From: Ruditapes philippinarum
Taxonomy: Eukaryota
Length of the DNA: 64,000 nt
Direction of reading: 5' to 3'
Assembly: GCF_026571515.1 (NCBI RefSeq)
Contig: NW_026855015.1
Coordinates: forward strand, 1-64,000
Position numbers and translations under genes: made by a program. This document shows, one piece after another, positions 1 through 12,800 of the stretch. Every line of letters starts with the position of its first letter. Positions within the stretch are counted from its first letter, which is position 1. The notes beneath the pieces were generated by a model. That model saw only the letters and a list, made by a program, of their open reading frames with translations, searched no databases and was not told where the DNA came from.

Positions 1-255
1 AAACAATGATAAGCAGCTTTGTGAAAACATATAGCAGTCACATGTAAATTAATAATCTTGTCCATGGGTAATGGAATCCCCTGCGATAAGACATGTGACA
101 AATATCTGAGTGATGTCAGATGTAATAAACATAACATAAATACAGCAAAGAGAAAAAGACCTCATTTTTTCCTTCCATGTCTTAGTGTGTTTTATTAATA
201 TTAAAAGAATTACTGTAACAATGGCAAAACTCAAAACAAACAAATGCTGGCATAC

Positions 256-3200
256 CCGTTTAGTTGATGGAATTCGTAGCATATCCTCTTCAACTTCAAA
301 CCCACAATTCTCTCCTACAGACTTCACAAAATCCAGATATAACCTGTATTTACCAGAATTTTCTGAACCATTTGCCACCTTCTGTGTAAAGCTGTACTTT
401 GTGTTGAAATCCCACATGCAGCATGGTAACACAAAATAATTACATGTATACGCTGATCTGTAAATAAAGAAAAGTTTTATAAATATTTTTAAGGCATGGC
501 AACATAGTTTAGTTTATACAAATTTATTTTAGTTCCAACTAGCTATAAGCAATCTTGAATCAGTTGCTAGAACCAACTGGGGACTAAAGATTCTAAATCA
601 GCCAACTAAACCACTCAACTAAAAAAAGGTCCTTTCAATGTTTGTTTGTTTGTTTTTTGGGTTTTACGCCACATCGACACAGTATATGTCATATCGCGAC
701 GTTCCAGCTTTTACTGGTGGAGGAAGACCTCAGGTGCCCTTCCGTGCATTATTTCAGGCACGAACGGGCACCTGAGTAGAACCACAGACGTTCCGTAAGC
801 TAGCTGGATAGCTTCCTCACATGGAAGAATCCAAAGTCCTTGTCGGGATTAGAACCCACAGCGGTGAGGGGCATCCTTTCAATGTAGTATACAATGTTTT
901 GTACATAGTGGATATTGAATGAGTGTAGGTTTAATACTAAATTTATTGAACAAATTGAATAAAATCATATTATGTAAGCCTCTGGCGAGCATAATGTTGT
1001 TTTATTCAACAAGTTCAATAGATTTAGTATTGAATCTACACAAATATAATATTCTATTTATCACTTATATAAAATAAGAACGGTAAACTGTTAAAAAGAG
1101 TCATTTTTCACTAACGCGCCTATAGTGTAATGCTAACATTAGCGCGTTTTAACGCTATGTTTATAGAGCTTATGACATAACGTCAAAGTGTTATTACACT
1201 AGTGTAATATTGTTTAGAATAATATCGTTTTTTATTAAATGGCTTTATTACACTCCTGCGCCGCGGTTTATGTGATAAATTATATTTTACGTTTTATCTT
1301 TTATACAAAAAAAAATACAAATGCTTCGTCTTTTAAATTCAGCTTAAGAAATACAAATGCTTTATTAAAATGACAGATTACCAAAACATGTATAAAATAA
1401 ATATCAAACCTTGCAGCCATTACAGGTATCCAAGGTGTCAACTCATCACTATGGTTACCAATCAACCAGTCACTTTCCGGATACACACTCTCCGTGGACG
1501 GAGTTATTGTCATTTCCTTTAAAATATATCTAATGTTTACATTGACAAGGTATTTATTGCTTGTTGTCTGTAGTACAAATTAATCAAAATTTCAGTAATT
1601 AACTTGTTGGCAGTGCCTTCCAAGTGTAATTTGATTTTGGGCTAGTACTTTCACATATTGTCTAAGGTCACTGCCAGCTTCTCAAAATGAATAATGGACA
1701 AGAACTTGCATAAAATTTGAGATTTTTTCCCAAAAAAATTTTCATGTAGTTTACATCTAAGGCCCCTTAATCTGAGAAATCTCAATTACATGTAACTGCT
1801 ACCTTTATATACATTCAAATAAAACTTACACAATTTTAAATTACAATCCATTTACAAAAAAATGTATATGTATTTAGCTGTTAGATTTACATTGTAAATT
1901 TACAAATTAATGACAAGTTTTCTTGCTTTCATAGTATTGTTTAAAGCTGTCCCTAGAGTCATTGCATGTTAAATGTAGAAATTAGGAGAAACTACAATAG
2001 TTACAATACATGTACTTACTTTAAGTATGGTCTCTGTTCCATATAAATCCCAAATATTTCTTTTCCTGACATCTATACCATAGCCAGGATGCTGTAAGAA
2101 CAACACAATATCATCTGATTAACAAACTTAAAAACTCATGTTATACTAGAACTCCGCGAGTCGGATGTGTCGCCTTGTGAACAAAATAGTTTAGGAGAAA
2201 TGGCACGGACAAAAATGAAATATGAAAATTAGCAATAGGCAATAACTCAAAAAATAAGAAATGCAGAGCAGCAGTTTCTGTGCACTGCACTTCTTATCAA
2301 TAAGATCTATCATCCTATTAAGCTTTTATAATTTATAAGAAATGGCTTGGACAAAAATAAAGTATGAAAATTAACAAAGGGCAATAACTCAAAAAATAAG
2401 AAATTCAGAGAACCGATTCTTGTGCACTGGGATGAGATTTTACAGAGTGGTTAAGACTGATGACTTAAAATCACCTGTTTGTTATTGTTTAGTTATCAGG
2501 TTTCTCGTGAGATTAGAAATCTGAACAATAAGCAGCAAATAATTTTAAGTCATCGACTCTAACCACTCGGCCATGGACAATTTACAGTTTTACAAATACT
2601 CTTACTATTTGACCTCATTTAAGCTAAAACTAATGAAGAAATAGTCTGTCCTCAAATAGGCTTAAAATCAATGATAATAAATTAAATGCAAACAAATTTC
2701 TTACCCCTTCTGAGGCTAGTATATGTACAAGTAAACCATTACCACACCCTAAATCTACAAAGGATTGTTTCTTTGTAAGTCCCTTCTTTTTCCTGTCATC
2801 TTCCCATAGTAGCTATAAAATATGTTAAACACCATAATATTGTTTGTATAAAACAGTGTCTAGATTTTGATGAATTACTGTTATGAATTAAAATGAAGAG
2901 TTACTTTATAGGTGAAAATTATTTTTTCATATACATTTAACAACATGGAAAATCATGCTGAAAGATATGGTCACGTAACTGACATTGTAACTGTTTGTCA
3001 GCATTTCTGTAGCAACAAAAAATTAATCAACTCTTACTTTTAGAGATAATATCATAATTAGAACAAAGTTGCATTGTGTAGATATAAGCTTAACTAGGAT
3101 GCCTGCCACTCATTCTTACATAAAATATTGTGGGCCTTATTTGTAATTTGACTTGGAAAGTGTTGAAGTTGCATACAGTATATTACTCAACAGGGAATTT

Positions 3201-6200
3201 GCCTCAAGTGTGACTGATTTACTTTGAAATATATAAAGATGGGAATTTAGTTGGCCAACACCATTTGTACTTATCTTACCAGTAAATAGGTTGCTATGGC
3301 AACATCTTCAAACACATACTTCTGAGCACTAGTCTTTTCTGGCCATTTCTGAAAATCAAGTATAAGTTATTATATTATTCATACTACAGACTTTATCCTA
3401 CAGACATACATTGTACCACTCCGATAAAGATTTACTTATAAATCATGCAAATTTTTCTCTTATAAAGCTAAAGGTATTGCAAAAATTCATAGCCTTCAGA
3501 ATGAATATATAACTGCTTCAGTAACAGATAGTACACAATGCTTGCTTGTAAGAAAGTTACATTGTTTGTGCATCTGTTATAATATTATAACAATATTATA
3601 ATAAAAAAAAAAAATTATAACAATATTATAAATTGCACATTTGCATTTGTACAAAATAGAAGATTTATTCATTTATGAAGCCTTTATGTACCTTTAAAAC
3701 TCTCTACTATTTATAGCAAAATTTTATATGCAAACTAGCACAGGAGTACCGATCATTGAATGTTCACAAAATTGGTGTTTGATAGCAGAAAACATTTATC
3801 AAAAGTCACAAATTACTTCAAGTCCATTCCCATTTATTGGCATTACACCCTATACTAATATAAAGTATTCATATTAGTATATAGAGTGATAGGAATTGAC
3901 TTTATATTAGTATATAATGTCATGGGAATGGATTTAGAATTAATTTATGACTCTGGATATTTTTTAGGTATCAAACACATATTTTGTGAACATTCAATTA
4001 GCAAAACTACTGTGCAAACTAGAACCTTAGACTTTGAAGAGTTCAGAACTATACTTTCTATTACAAAAGTTTGCATGTAAGCTACAAACTTAGACTATGA
4101 ACAGAACAGAGTATAAAAGACAACAAAAACCTCTGCAATGGGGATGCCATATTTGTTTTTCAGTTCACTGTACAGTCTGCTATAGTTCTCTACAGAGATC
4201 AGACGCAGAGAAACAAGGCCTGTTCTCAGACTTGGCTGTTCACTCCATCTTGCAAGCTTCTGTAGAAGCTGACTTTTAATCCAGGTCAATGAGAGCTTTC
4301 TTTCAGAATCTGTAGAGCAGTCTGAAGTACTGGCATACAGGCAAATCCTAAAATGAGATTTATATATAAATAAATTTTGTTATGAAAATAAATGAAAATT
4401 CATTATAGTTTACCAAAGAATATAGTCATGTTTATTGAAATGTTGACAGTATAAAAGGTTCCTTATAAGAAATGATTAAAATACAATAAATATATTAAAG
4501 GTCCATTAAACTTAAAAAAGATGATACTTTCATTTTTCAAAAGCATTAATTTTTTATTGTTGGTGACCTGATACAGTTTCTCAAATAGCCAAAAAGTATG
4601 AAAGATAGAATGTTTGTAAGTCAAAATACAACTTTCAGATTTTGCTACCTTCAATGTATATCCGGTATTATTTCACATTTGATGTGACTTATTTCGGGTG
4701 ATAGATGCTGCTTTTCAAATTTACAATCACAACATAATGAAAAACCTGTAGGCCCTTTTTACAGGAAAGAATAAAAAAATTCTTAGGATAAATGGGCCTT
4801 TCAGGCTAAGAGAAAATCATTCTATGAGTTCATCAAATTCTGTCACATATGTACATGTGTATTTTCATAATATTCATGATCAAATCCTTTATTAAATCAA
4901 ATTAAAAAACTTATTATACACTCCTCTGGATAGTGCCATTATAAACATTCTGAACATGAAAAACTACAGTTACCTTTTCTCAGGACTTTCTAGATATTTA
5001 AAGCAATATCCAACTTCCAATGGTACAATCTTTTTGGAATCATCTAATCTTTTCAAGGGGATGAAAGAACAACTGTTCTGAGATTTATCTAAAATAAGAA
5101 GAATATAATTGACTTAAATATGCTGTATAAAATTTACAACAGAAAAAGTGCAAGCAGGGTGTTTAAAATAAAATTATATTTAGTTAGACAGACCCTAGTA
5201 GGTTTTGCTATCAAGTACGAACACCAAACATGTCACCAGTTATGCTCTTAAATTTTTTTTTTTTAATTTAAAGCATAAAGTGTTGATACAGTAATTAACC
5301 TCCCTGCAATAACCATGCAGGGTATAAGCCAAGATATAATTTTTTGGCTGAAAGTACATCACTACATGAAGGTCACTATACAGCAGGGAATGAGCTCCAT
5401 AGGGCACTGCCGTTCAAGCAGTCTTATTGTATTTTGAGCTCATGCAACCTAGTAGCCTTCCTTATCATCCCTTCCTAGTCTGTTGAGCCACTATAGGATC
5501 TGCCTTCTATATGTTAAAAGAAACAAAGTTCTTTATCCTAACTAGTGAGTAGTCAGTCGGTGTTCTTTCTGCAGATGACCTGTGCCTCTCAGAGTCAGAC
5601 GCATACCAAGCCTTGGCAAGGGGAAGAGAAGAAGGGATATCTATAAATCCTTTTAAATAATATAAATTTCAAGGTTATGTTATTAAATTAAATAATTTGT
5701 TCTTCGGAGTAAACTAAAGTTATTTGGGGATCAAAACATTTCATGAAGGTAAGCTATCCAACTATGGACATCATTTTTTCACTCGGGTGCCTGTTTGTGT
5801 CTGAAATAGTGCATGTTTCGGTACATGTACCTGAGGTCGTCTGATCTAACATTAAAGCTAAAGAGCTGGCGTAATAGTACTGTTGGTGCCGGGACTTAAA
5901 ATACCTTTTGTCCATGGTTTAGGTGCTACATTTTTTAAACAACTTCGCTCGTCCAAAATTATCTTAATGGGTAATTGTCTATTTCCAATGCAAGTCGAAA
6001 CAGTTTCACTGTAAGAAAAAAAAATGTTTGAAACATAGGTCCAACCATTCAAACTGAAAATATTTGGCTATCTAGATCTATTAACACTTACCATAAATTA
6101 CTAATTCTGGAATATTAGCGTGCCTTTCTGGTTGTTTTGGCAACAGTTGACGGATAATAACAGCAACATCATCTTCTGATATATCTGAAAGACCTTCAAC

Positions 6201-6518
6201 ACAATCACTTGTATTTTCTTTAATGTCATGTTCAATGGCAAGTTCACCCCCAGATATATTCTGTGAATTAAACACCTCATCAAATGAGAATCCGTGCAAG
6301 TCTAAACTAAGATTTTCAAAAGCAGATTTTAATTCATGTCTGCAAAATGTGTCCTTTGAAATAATCTTAAAGTATTCTAGTCTAGAACCACAAAGACGTC
6401 TATTCACAACGTGTGGTTTATTTAACCATACAGTCAGAGAATTTGCAAACCCTTCACTATTTCCATTGCACACTTCTGTAGCAAGCACTTCTCCATAGTT
6501 TATAAAATGTTCATTCAT
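256..6518 (-). CDS. TRMT44: tRNA (uracil-O(2)-)-methyltransferase TRMT44, 5' part (8 exons; continues beyond left edge)
   Basis: Exons 6092-6518, 4974-5088, 4131-4347, 3280-3348, 2705-2812, 2020-2091, 1410-1516 and 256-457 are all GT-AG and splice in frame (439 codons). Motifs: WPEKTSAQKYVFEDVAIATYLL, SAM-binding FVDLGCGNGLLVHIL, GIDVRKRNIW, WLIGNHSDELTPWIP, VLPCC, LRIPSTKR. Confidence 0.93.
640..873 (-). mobile_element. tRNA-derived SINE, family A (MetaSINE-like core), 5'-truncated
   Basis: The minus strand has a B-box-like GGTTCTAATCCC, the core GAGGAAGCTATCCAGCTAGCTTACGGAACG...GCACCTGAGGTCTTCCTCCACCAG and a (CAAA)n tail. The same core recurs at 5740, 48855 and 60775. Confidence 0.8.
906..1281. 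mobile_element. non-autonomous hairpin-bearing dispersed element
   Basis: Starts GGATATTGAATGAG and contains a long imperfect inverted repeat (about 933-1031), then ATATTCTATTTATCAC...GTGATAAAT. A related copy lies at 22609-22840 and a similar structure at about 45800-45990. Confidence 0.6.
2147..2430 (+). mobile_element. Helentron/HINE-like element fragment with about 160-bp internal units
   Basis: GGACAAAAATAAAGTATGAAAATTAACAAAGGGCAATAACTC units also occur at 25690-25900. TGTGTCGCC here is the inverse of GGCGACACA at the end of the 26090 copy. Confidence 0.6.
5740..5858 (+). mobile_element. degraded SINE family A fragment
   Basis: AAGCTATCCA...CTCGGGTGCCTGTTTGTGTCTGAAATAGTGCA...CCTGAGGTC matches the SINE core at 640-873. 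Confidence 0.6.
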
Positions 6519-6814
6519 TTCTGAGCCTTATTTCTTACCCTTATTATGTTCTATTTCAAATCTTTAATTAATTCAGCGTATTTTCAACATGACGAAATAA
6601 ATTCATTATTTAGAAAATCTGATATTTCAACATAATGGGCGCAGACATCTTGAATTCAGACTGGTATAAAATTCATTGTCTTTAGACGTTTGCATTTTTG
6701 CAAAATCCTATAGCGTGCGGCAGCGTGATCACCGTTTTTAAGACGCTTTAAAAATCACCAACTGCGAACAATTCAATGCGGAAGTGAGATGCCGGTTAAT
6801 GTAAACAAATCAAG
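6519..6814. promoter_or_regulatory. bidirectional promoter region between TRMT44 and the ICE2-like gene
   Basis: The two divergent ATGs are 296 bp apart. There is local CpG enrichment and an ETS/GABPA-type GCGGAAGTG at 6778-6786. Confidence 0.65.
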
Positions 6815-9800
6815 ATGTGTTTGCCATGCATGTCACTTTTTGGATGTTTTATTGAATTCCTGCCTTACATATGCCTTGTCACTATACCATTTTTCGGTTC
6901 TTTTGAAGGAATTGATGTGATTCTTCGACTTTCACTGCTGATTTTCTTGTATACAAGCGTCAGTGCAATAATTCCTAAATCATTGGTAATAATTTTAATT
7001 GTTTCAGATATAGCAGGTGTGATTTTCATGGTATAAATAACTATGCAAAATTTGCAATAGTATAATTATGTAGAATAATTTGGTAAATTTATATTTAAAT
7101 ATTTGAAATGATGCCGAGAATCTTTAATGGTACATTACATTTATTAAATTACATACATTACTCTGCAATGTACATTTGTAGTCTCAATATTTTGACTGCA
7201 AGAACGACCAATTATATTCAATCTAAAATTACACAGATGTAACGGGCGACCAAAGTCTATATGTCTTCTTGTTTACATGTCTACGTACCCATGAGGTGTT
7301 TGACATTAGTGATAGATATTAGCTTAAGGTCAGGTCTTCAGTGTACCAGTTTATATAGGAATGACATGACATGTACTATGCAGCATCAGATGAAAAACAA
7401 AAATGTTAAAAAGCGGCTTATAAAGTTTTGGAAACCATAACTAAATAGATACATAATAAAAAGTCCTAAAGCGCACAATTTATTGGCTAGTCATTGTGTT
7501 ACACAAAGACGTCTATTCACCACATGAGGTTTACCTTTCACTGTTACCATAAAGTCCTAAAGCACACAATTTATTGGGCTAGTCATTGTGTGCCTGATTG
7601 GATTTAAAGTTAACACAATGCTTTTGTCCAGTTTCTTAAATTATGTGCAAAGTTTTTAAAGGCACCTGAACCACTGATACAGTGAAACTCCAATAAGTTG
7701 TTAAAAGGTTAATGTTAATATTTTCATACAAGTTAACAATTAACATAGCAGATCATAAACAGGCAAGTATTGAAACCATAAATATTAGTAGTAGTAAAGG
7801 ACACATCGCTTTATATATAATGTTATAATATATATAATAATAGTTCCGGTGCCGATTTTATGCTTAAAGACTCAGGAATCTTGCATAAGAGAAAACCCTG
7901 GTTAGGATATTAAAAACATCAGCCAATCTGATTCCATATTATGAGCTTACATGTACAGTGTACCTTTATTAATTATCATATATACATAAAGATAGTTTTA
8001 ATAACTTTTATTGATTAAAATATTTATGAAGATATTTGTCCAGTATCATTTTACATTTAACTTAAATATTAAATTTTATTTTCTATTTTCAGCATTATGT
8101 CATACCATACCTAAACCTTTTGGCGTTTGGTTTAATTGTTATTTATCTACCACTCGGCTCGATACCATATCCGATAATTTGGCTGTACGATAAGATATTA
8201 TGGTTATCTGATCCAGTCTTGTTAGCTGTAGAGGTGATATTGGCCCTGAACTTTGTCATGCACTGTAGTAGAAGATGTGCAGAAAATATTGAAGAAGACG
8301 AAGAGGAGGCGTGGAAATGGAAGGTATCATATTCTATGTATCATATTTTACATAACATATTTTATGCGCTAAAATAGTGAAATACATTACAGCCTGAAAA
8401 AGGCCCTTAACAAAGAAATTTCTCTGAAAGGTGTTGCTCTATTGAAGTTAATTCTATGTCAAGTCTTATATTTGGAAGCATTGATACAGTTGCTGAGAAG
8501 AGGTTATTGCTCTATACAGTGGACCATTCTGACGAGGTTGCACAGTACATTACAATTAACAAATATCTTTACTTCTTTTTGTATTTGCCGTACCTGTTTT
8601 TTTTTAATCAAGAATTTTATTTCCTAAACATTAAATTGGAAAGTCGCCAGTTTTTTTGCTTAAAATGCATGTCAAATGATTTGGGCTATGGATTTTGCTT
8701 CCATTTTACCATTAACTCCGAGAGTCTCCTGACAAAATGTCAGAAGATCATATTAATGAATCTTGAATTTTTAGAAGTCTGAGAATTTTAGGAAAAAATA
8801 TGTGACCAAGTTTTGGTCATGAATTTGGCAAAATAGAATTCTGTCTTACAAATTACCCATCCAGATTTTTGGTAACAGTTTTTGTGCACTAGTTTATTTT
8901 TTTCTTTTACTAGTTATATTGTATTGTAGGTTAGAATAATGTACATTAATCAATGCCTTAATAATGAAGCCTGATTGTCGTTTAAAGCATGTCATACAAC
9001 AAGGTTAATTTTTCCACATCTATTTTTCAATAAGACAATGTAATACATGTAATGCACATTTTGAATTTAGAATTTCATATTATGAGTGTTATTTTCACTT
9101 TGTTGATATGACTTTGTTATAAGATATACAATTACTATTATTAGAGACTCCAAAATACATGTGTAGTTATTTTATCCTGCACTATAGGCAAGCCATGAAT
9201 TACATACATGTATATATTATAAGTATAAAATATTATGCTACTTTAATACTTATATAAATATTGCTGTTTTTTATCATTACAGGTGTTGTTGTCAGTATTT
9301 TCAGCAGCATGCTATGCTATTTTAGCTATTATAGTGGTACATGTGTACCAACAAGGCTCCGATATACAGTTCTGGTGAGCCTCAGATTTATTATACTATT
9401 TTGAATGCATGTGTTATTTTAAAAATAATATACATTATTGTACCATTTTTTTTTACTTTGTTGCTTTATGTTAAATGTGTTTAAAGCTATATCTGATGAA
9501 ATATTATATGAAAAATTTAAAAAAAGTAAAATTATGTTGTTTTCATAACACTTATGGTTGCTTCTTTAAATATTTGTCATATAGATTGTCTGTGTAATTT
9601 ATTATACCTAAACGGACTAAAATGTTCTGGAACAAAATATTCTTTTCCTCTTTTTAAAAGCTTTTGCAATGATTTCACACATGCCCTACTCACTTTCAAT
9701 AAAATATATATGGATAGATATTTTTTATTCTAGGTGTTACATTACCATTTCAATCACAATATAAAAATAATATTTCAGACCATAGGCAATAAAAAAATAT

Positions 9801-12800
9801 TTTTACAAACTTTAAGCAAATTGACTATATTATATCTCCCTTAAGCAAATTGACTATTACCTCTCCCACTTCACCCCACCCCCTCCCCTTTCCAGTTCCC
9901 CTACCCCTTTAACATCAAATTTTTCTTCAATCTTTGAAAATCATGTGCACTGTGTGTGGTGCCTATGGCAAATTTTTTAAAGGTACAGTAGCAGTATATG
10001 CTAAATAAGTTAGTCAGTGGCTGAATCTGTAAAATAGAATTTATTTCCATTTTTTCTCTCATTTGATTGCATGTGTTATTCTTTCAAATATTTTCTTTAT
10101 TTTTGTGTGTAGATCTTTTAAATTATAGGACAATATTTTAATTTGATTGCATGTGTTGTGTTCTTACAGGGTTGTGGTATTAGTGTTGTGCTTTAGTTTT
10201 ATGTTAGCAGCTCACAATATGATGTGGATGTCTGTTGAAGGTAGGATGTTATTTGTTTAAAGGAGCACCACTGAGGTCCAACAGCCTTAGAACATAAAAT
10301 ATGAATTGCCTCCACAGATTTGCTGGAATAAGTAACGCTGAAAGATATGCAAAAGATAATAAAGAAATATACTAAGAAATAAAGTAAAAATTTCATTTTT
10401 GTGCTTTTCATAGACCGATTTGGCGCTTTGGTATTTTTGGTCATTTTTCACAAATAGAATAACAATTTTTGAAAAATGGAGTGAAAAAAATTTGCACACA
10501 ATTTATTTGCCTATTTGGGGGTTGGTGTGAATATAGAGAATGGCTTGTTGGAAGGTGGTACAGAGATTAACCTAGTGACTTGCAGTAGTTGGCAAGTACT
10601 GAGTTTTGAAATTTGATTGTCCAAAGGTCAAGGCTACAGTGGTTATCACACTGTGTGACAGAAATGTTAATGCTAAATGACTGTGAGTTTTTCATCCTCC
10701 AATCATGATCATTGCCTTAAGTATACACAGACGCAGGTCTTACCTTAGTGAAATATAATTGACAATTTTGTAATTATTACATAGATATAAATGTCCATTT
10801 ATTGGATTGGAATAAAATTTTCGTGTTAAAAAAGGAAAATGCCTGAAACACTGTCATTTGCTTGTGAATGGCTCACACAAGACTGCTTGAAATCAAGAAG
10901 TTATACAATAAATTGTGTATATTAGGGTTTACTCTACTCAAATTTTCCTGCGGTCTCCTATTTGATGGTTTATGTAGAAAAATTTCTATCTGGAATGTCA
11001 ATGATAAGCTTTGTATTAAAATATTTTCAGGTATAATAAGTGATGTAGCATTTGTGACACTAGCATCTATGGTAATATTATACACAATGAAAGAAGAAGT
11101 TTCACTAAAACACAAACCACTAGCTACACCTTCCTCATGGTACAGGTAAGAATTTGATAGTATTTTCTCAGGGCATTTTCTCCCTATCACCAGCGGCCCC
11201 ATAAGGCCCCATTCCCAATCTAAAATAATCTCTCTTTTCCCAATTACAAAGAAGTATTCCCTACAGCTGCCTTAAATATTATTCTGTTCAATTCTTTAAG
11301 AACAACTGAATTGCTTTTTGACTTGTTAAAAGAAGGAACAGGTAATACTGAATAATCAAACACATGAAATTTCAATAAAACTAAAATAGTTTTTAAATAG
11401 TTTGATATTTCTCAAATTTCCTTAAATGTCGCATATTCTTCCAAATAACTGGAAAAGGGAGACATTTGTTAACCAGATAATCTCAAGAAAAAAATGTTTT
11501 GTTTAAAAAAAAATAATAGATTAGTGGGCATGAACAATTTCTCCTGATGTGTGCCAAACTTGTCATACATTTCTCAAAAATTTCAATAGCATTTTTACAG
11601 AACTATTTTCACCAAGTGCCTTGGTTTATATTGTTGGCGTTGCGTGATTTGAAAATTTCTTGCAGAATTATGGCCCTTTGTTGTTCTTTTTTTCCCTCGC
11701 ACATGAAAATATTGGCAGAAATACCAGATTTTGTGAAAATCTGGTGTCATTTCTTTTTAATGACAATTTTTTATTTAGGGCATAAAGTTGTATGATGTGA
11801 AAACAAACTAGTGTCATTCCTGGCCTTTTTCAGTTGATATGATTGTATCTTGATAAAAATCATACCAAAGTACATGTTCTAAAATTGAAAGAATGATTTT
11901 TGTAAATTTCAGAGGTTGGTACTTGCCTAAAATGACTTCTAAAGTTACTTAAAAAAATGGCAGAATAATTTTCAATTTTTTATATTTTTCAGTTTTTACA
12001 GCAGAGGCTCTATGCTAACTGAGACTTACAAAATCATACACACTTCTATAGGTAAGCTTTTTATTGTGTTTAATTGATGGGCTGTCAAATGGTGATTTTA
12101 ACTTTTCAGGCATTTTTTCGAGTTTCATAGTCAAGATTAATAGGATCTTCCATTCCTTACTATTTCATATACTGTAAATTTTAAACTTATCTGAGAAATG
12201 CAGTAAAGACAGGCTTTATATCATCTTCCCAGATTTGTTAAATCATTACTATTCCTATTATCATAAATAGACTTGTCCAATTCTTTCAATCTAGACAAAA
12301 CCATTTATCATTTTAGGGGAAATTTTAAAATATGTATCAACTGAATGGTGAACAGTGCAGACGTAGACAGTGACTTTTTTAAGGTCAATTTTGGCTGAAA
12401 TTGGGCCTCTTTCCCCACCTGAAAATTATAAATTTTCCATTTAATAGAACAATTTTAATCCCCTCAACATTTTAAAAAGTAATGGAAACTACTTAAATGT
12501 TTTGGAGTGATTTAAACTGACGAAAAACAGTATGGATATATGCAGGGGAGTTGTCCTAATTTTTTTTATTATTTCGAAATTGTATTGGTTATTAAAGATT
12601 GTTTCAAACCTTGATGATTTTGATTTGGCCCACTCCCAAAAAATGCTGATAACCACACATATTTTTCCATCTGATAGGCCCCTCCACCTTTCACCAAAAT
12701 GATTAAAACCAATGCATGATAATCACATGGTATAATGCATATTTTCTTTTCTTATCTATTTCAGAGAATGCTCAGGTTGCTATACTCTACCTAAAGAGAT

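Noticed and set aside
2456-2520. hammerhead ribozyme (CTGATGA ... GAAA)
   Set aside because: The core motifs are not flanked by the required stems; CTGATGA lies within a long hairpin arm derived from a SINE head.
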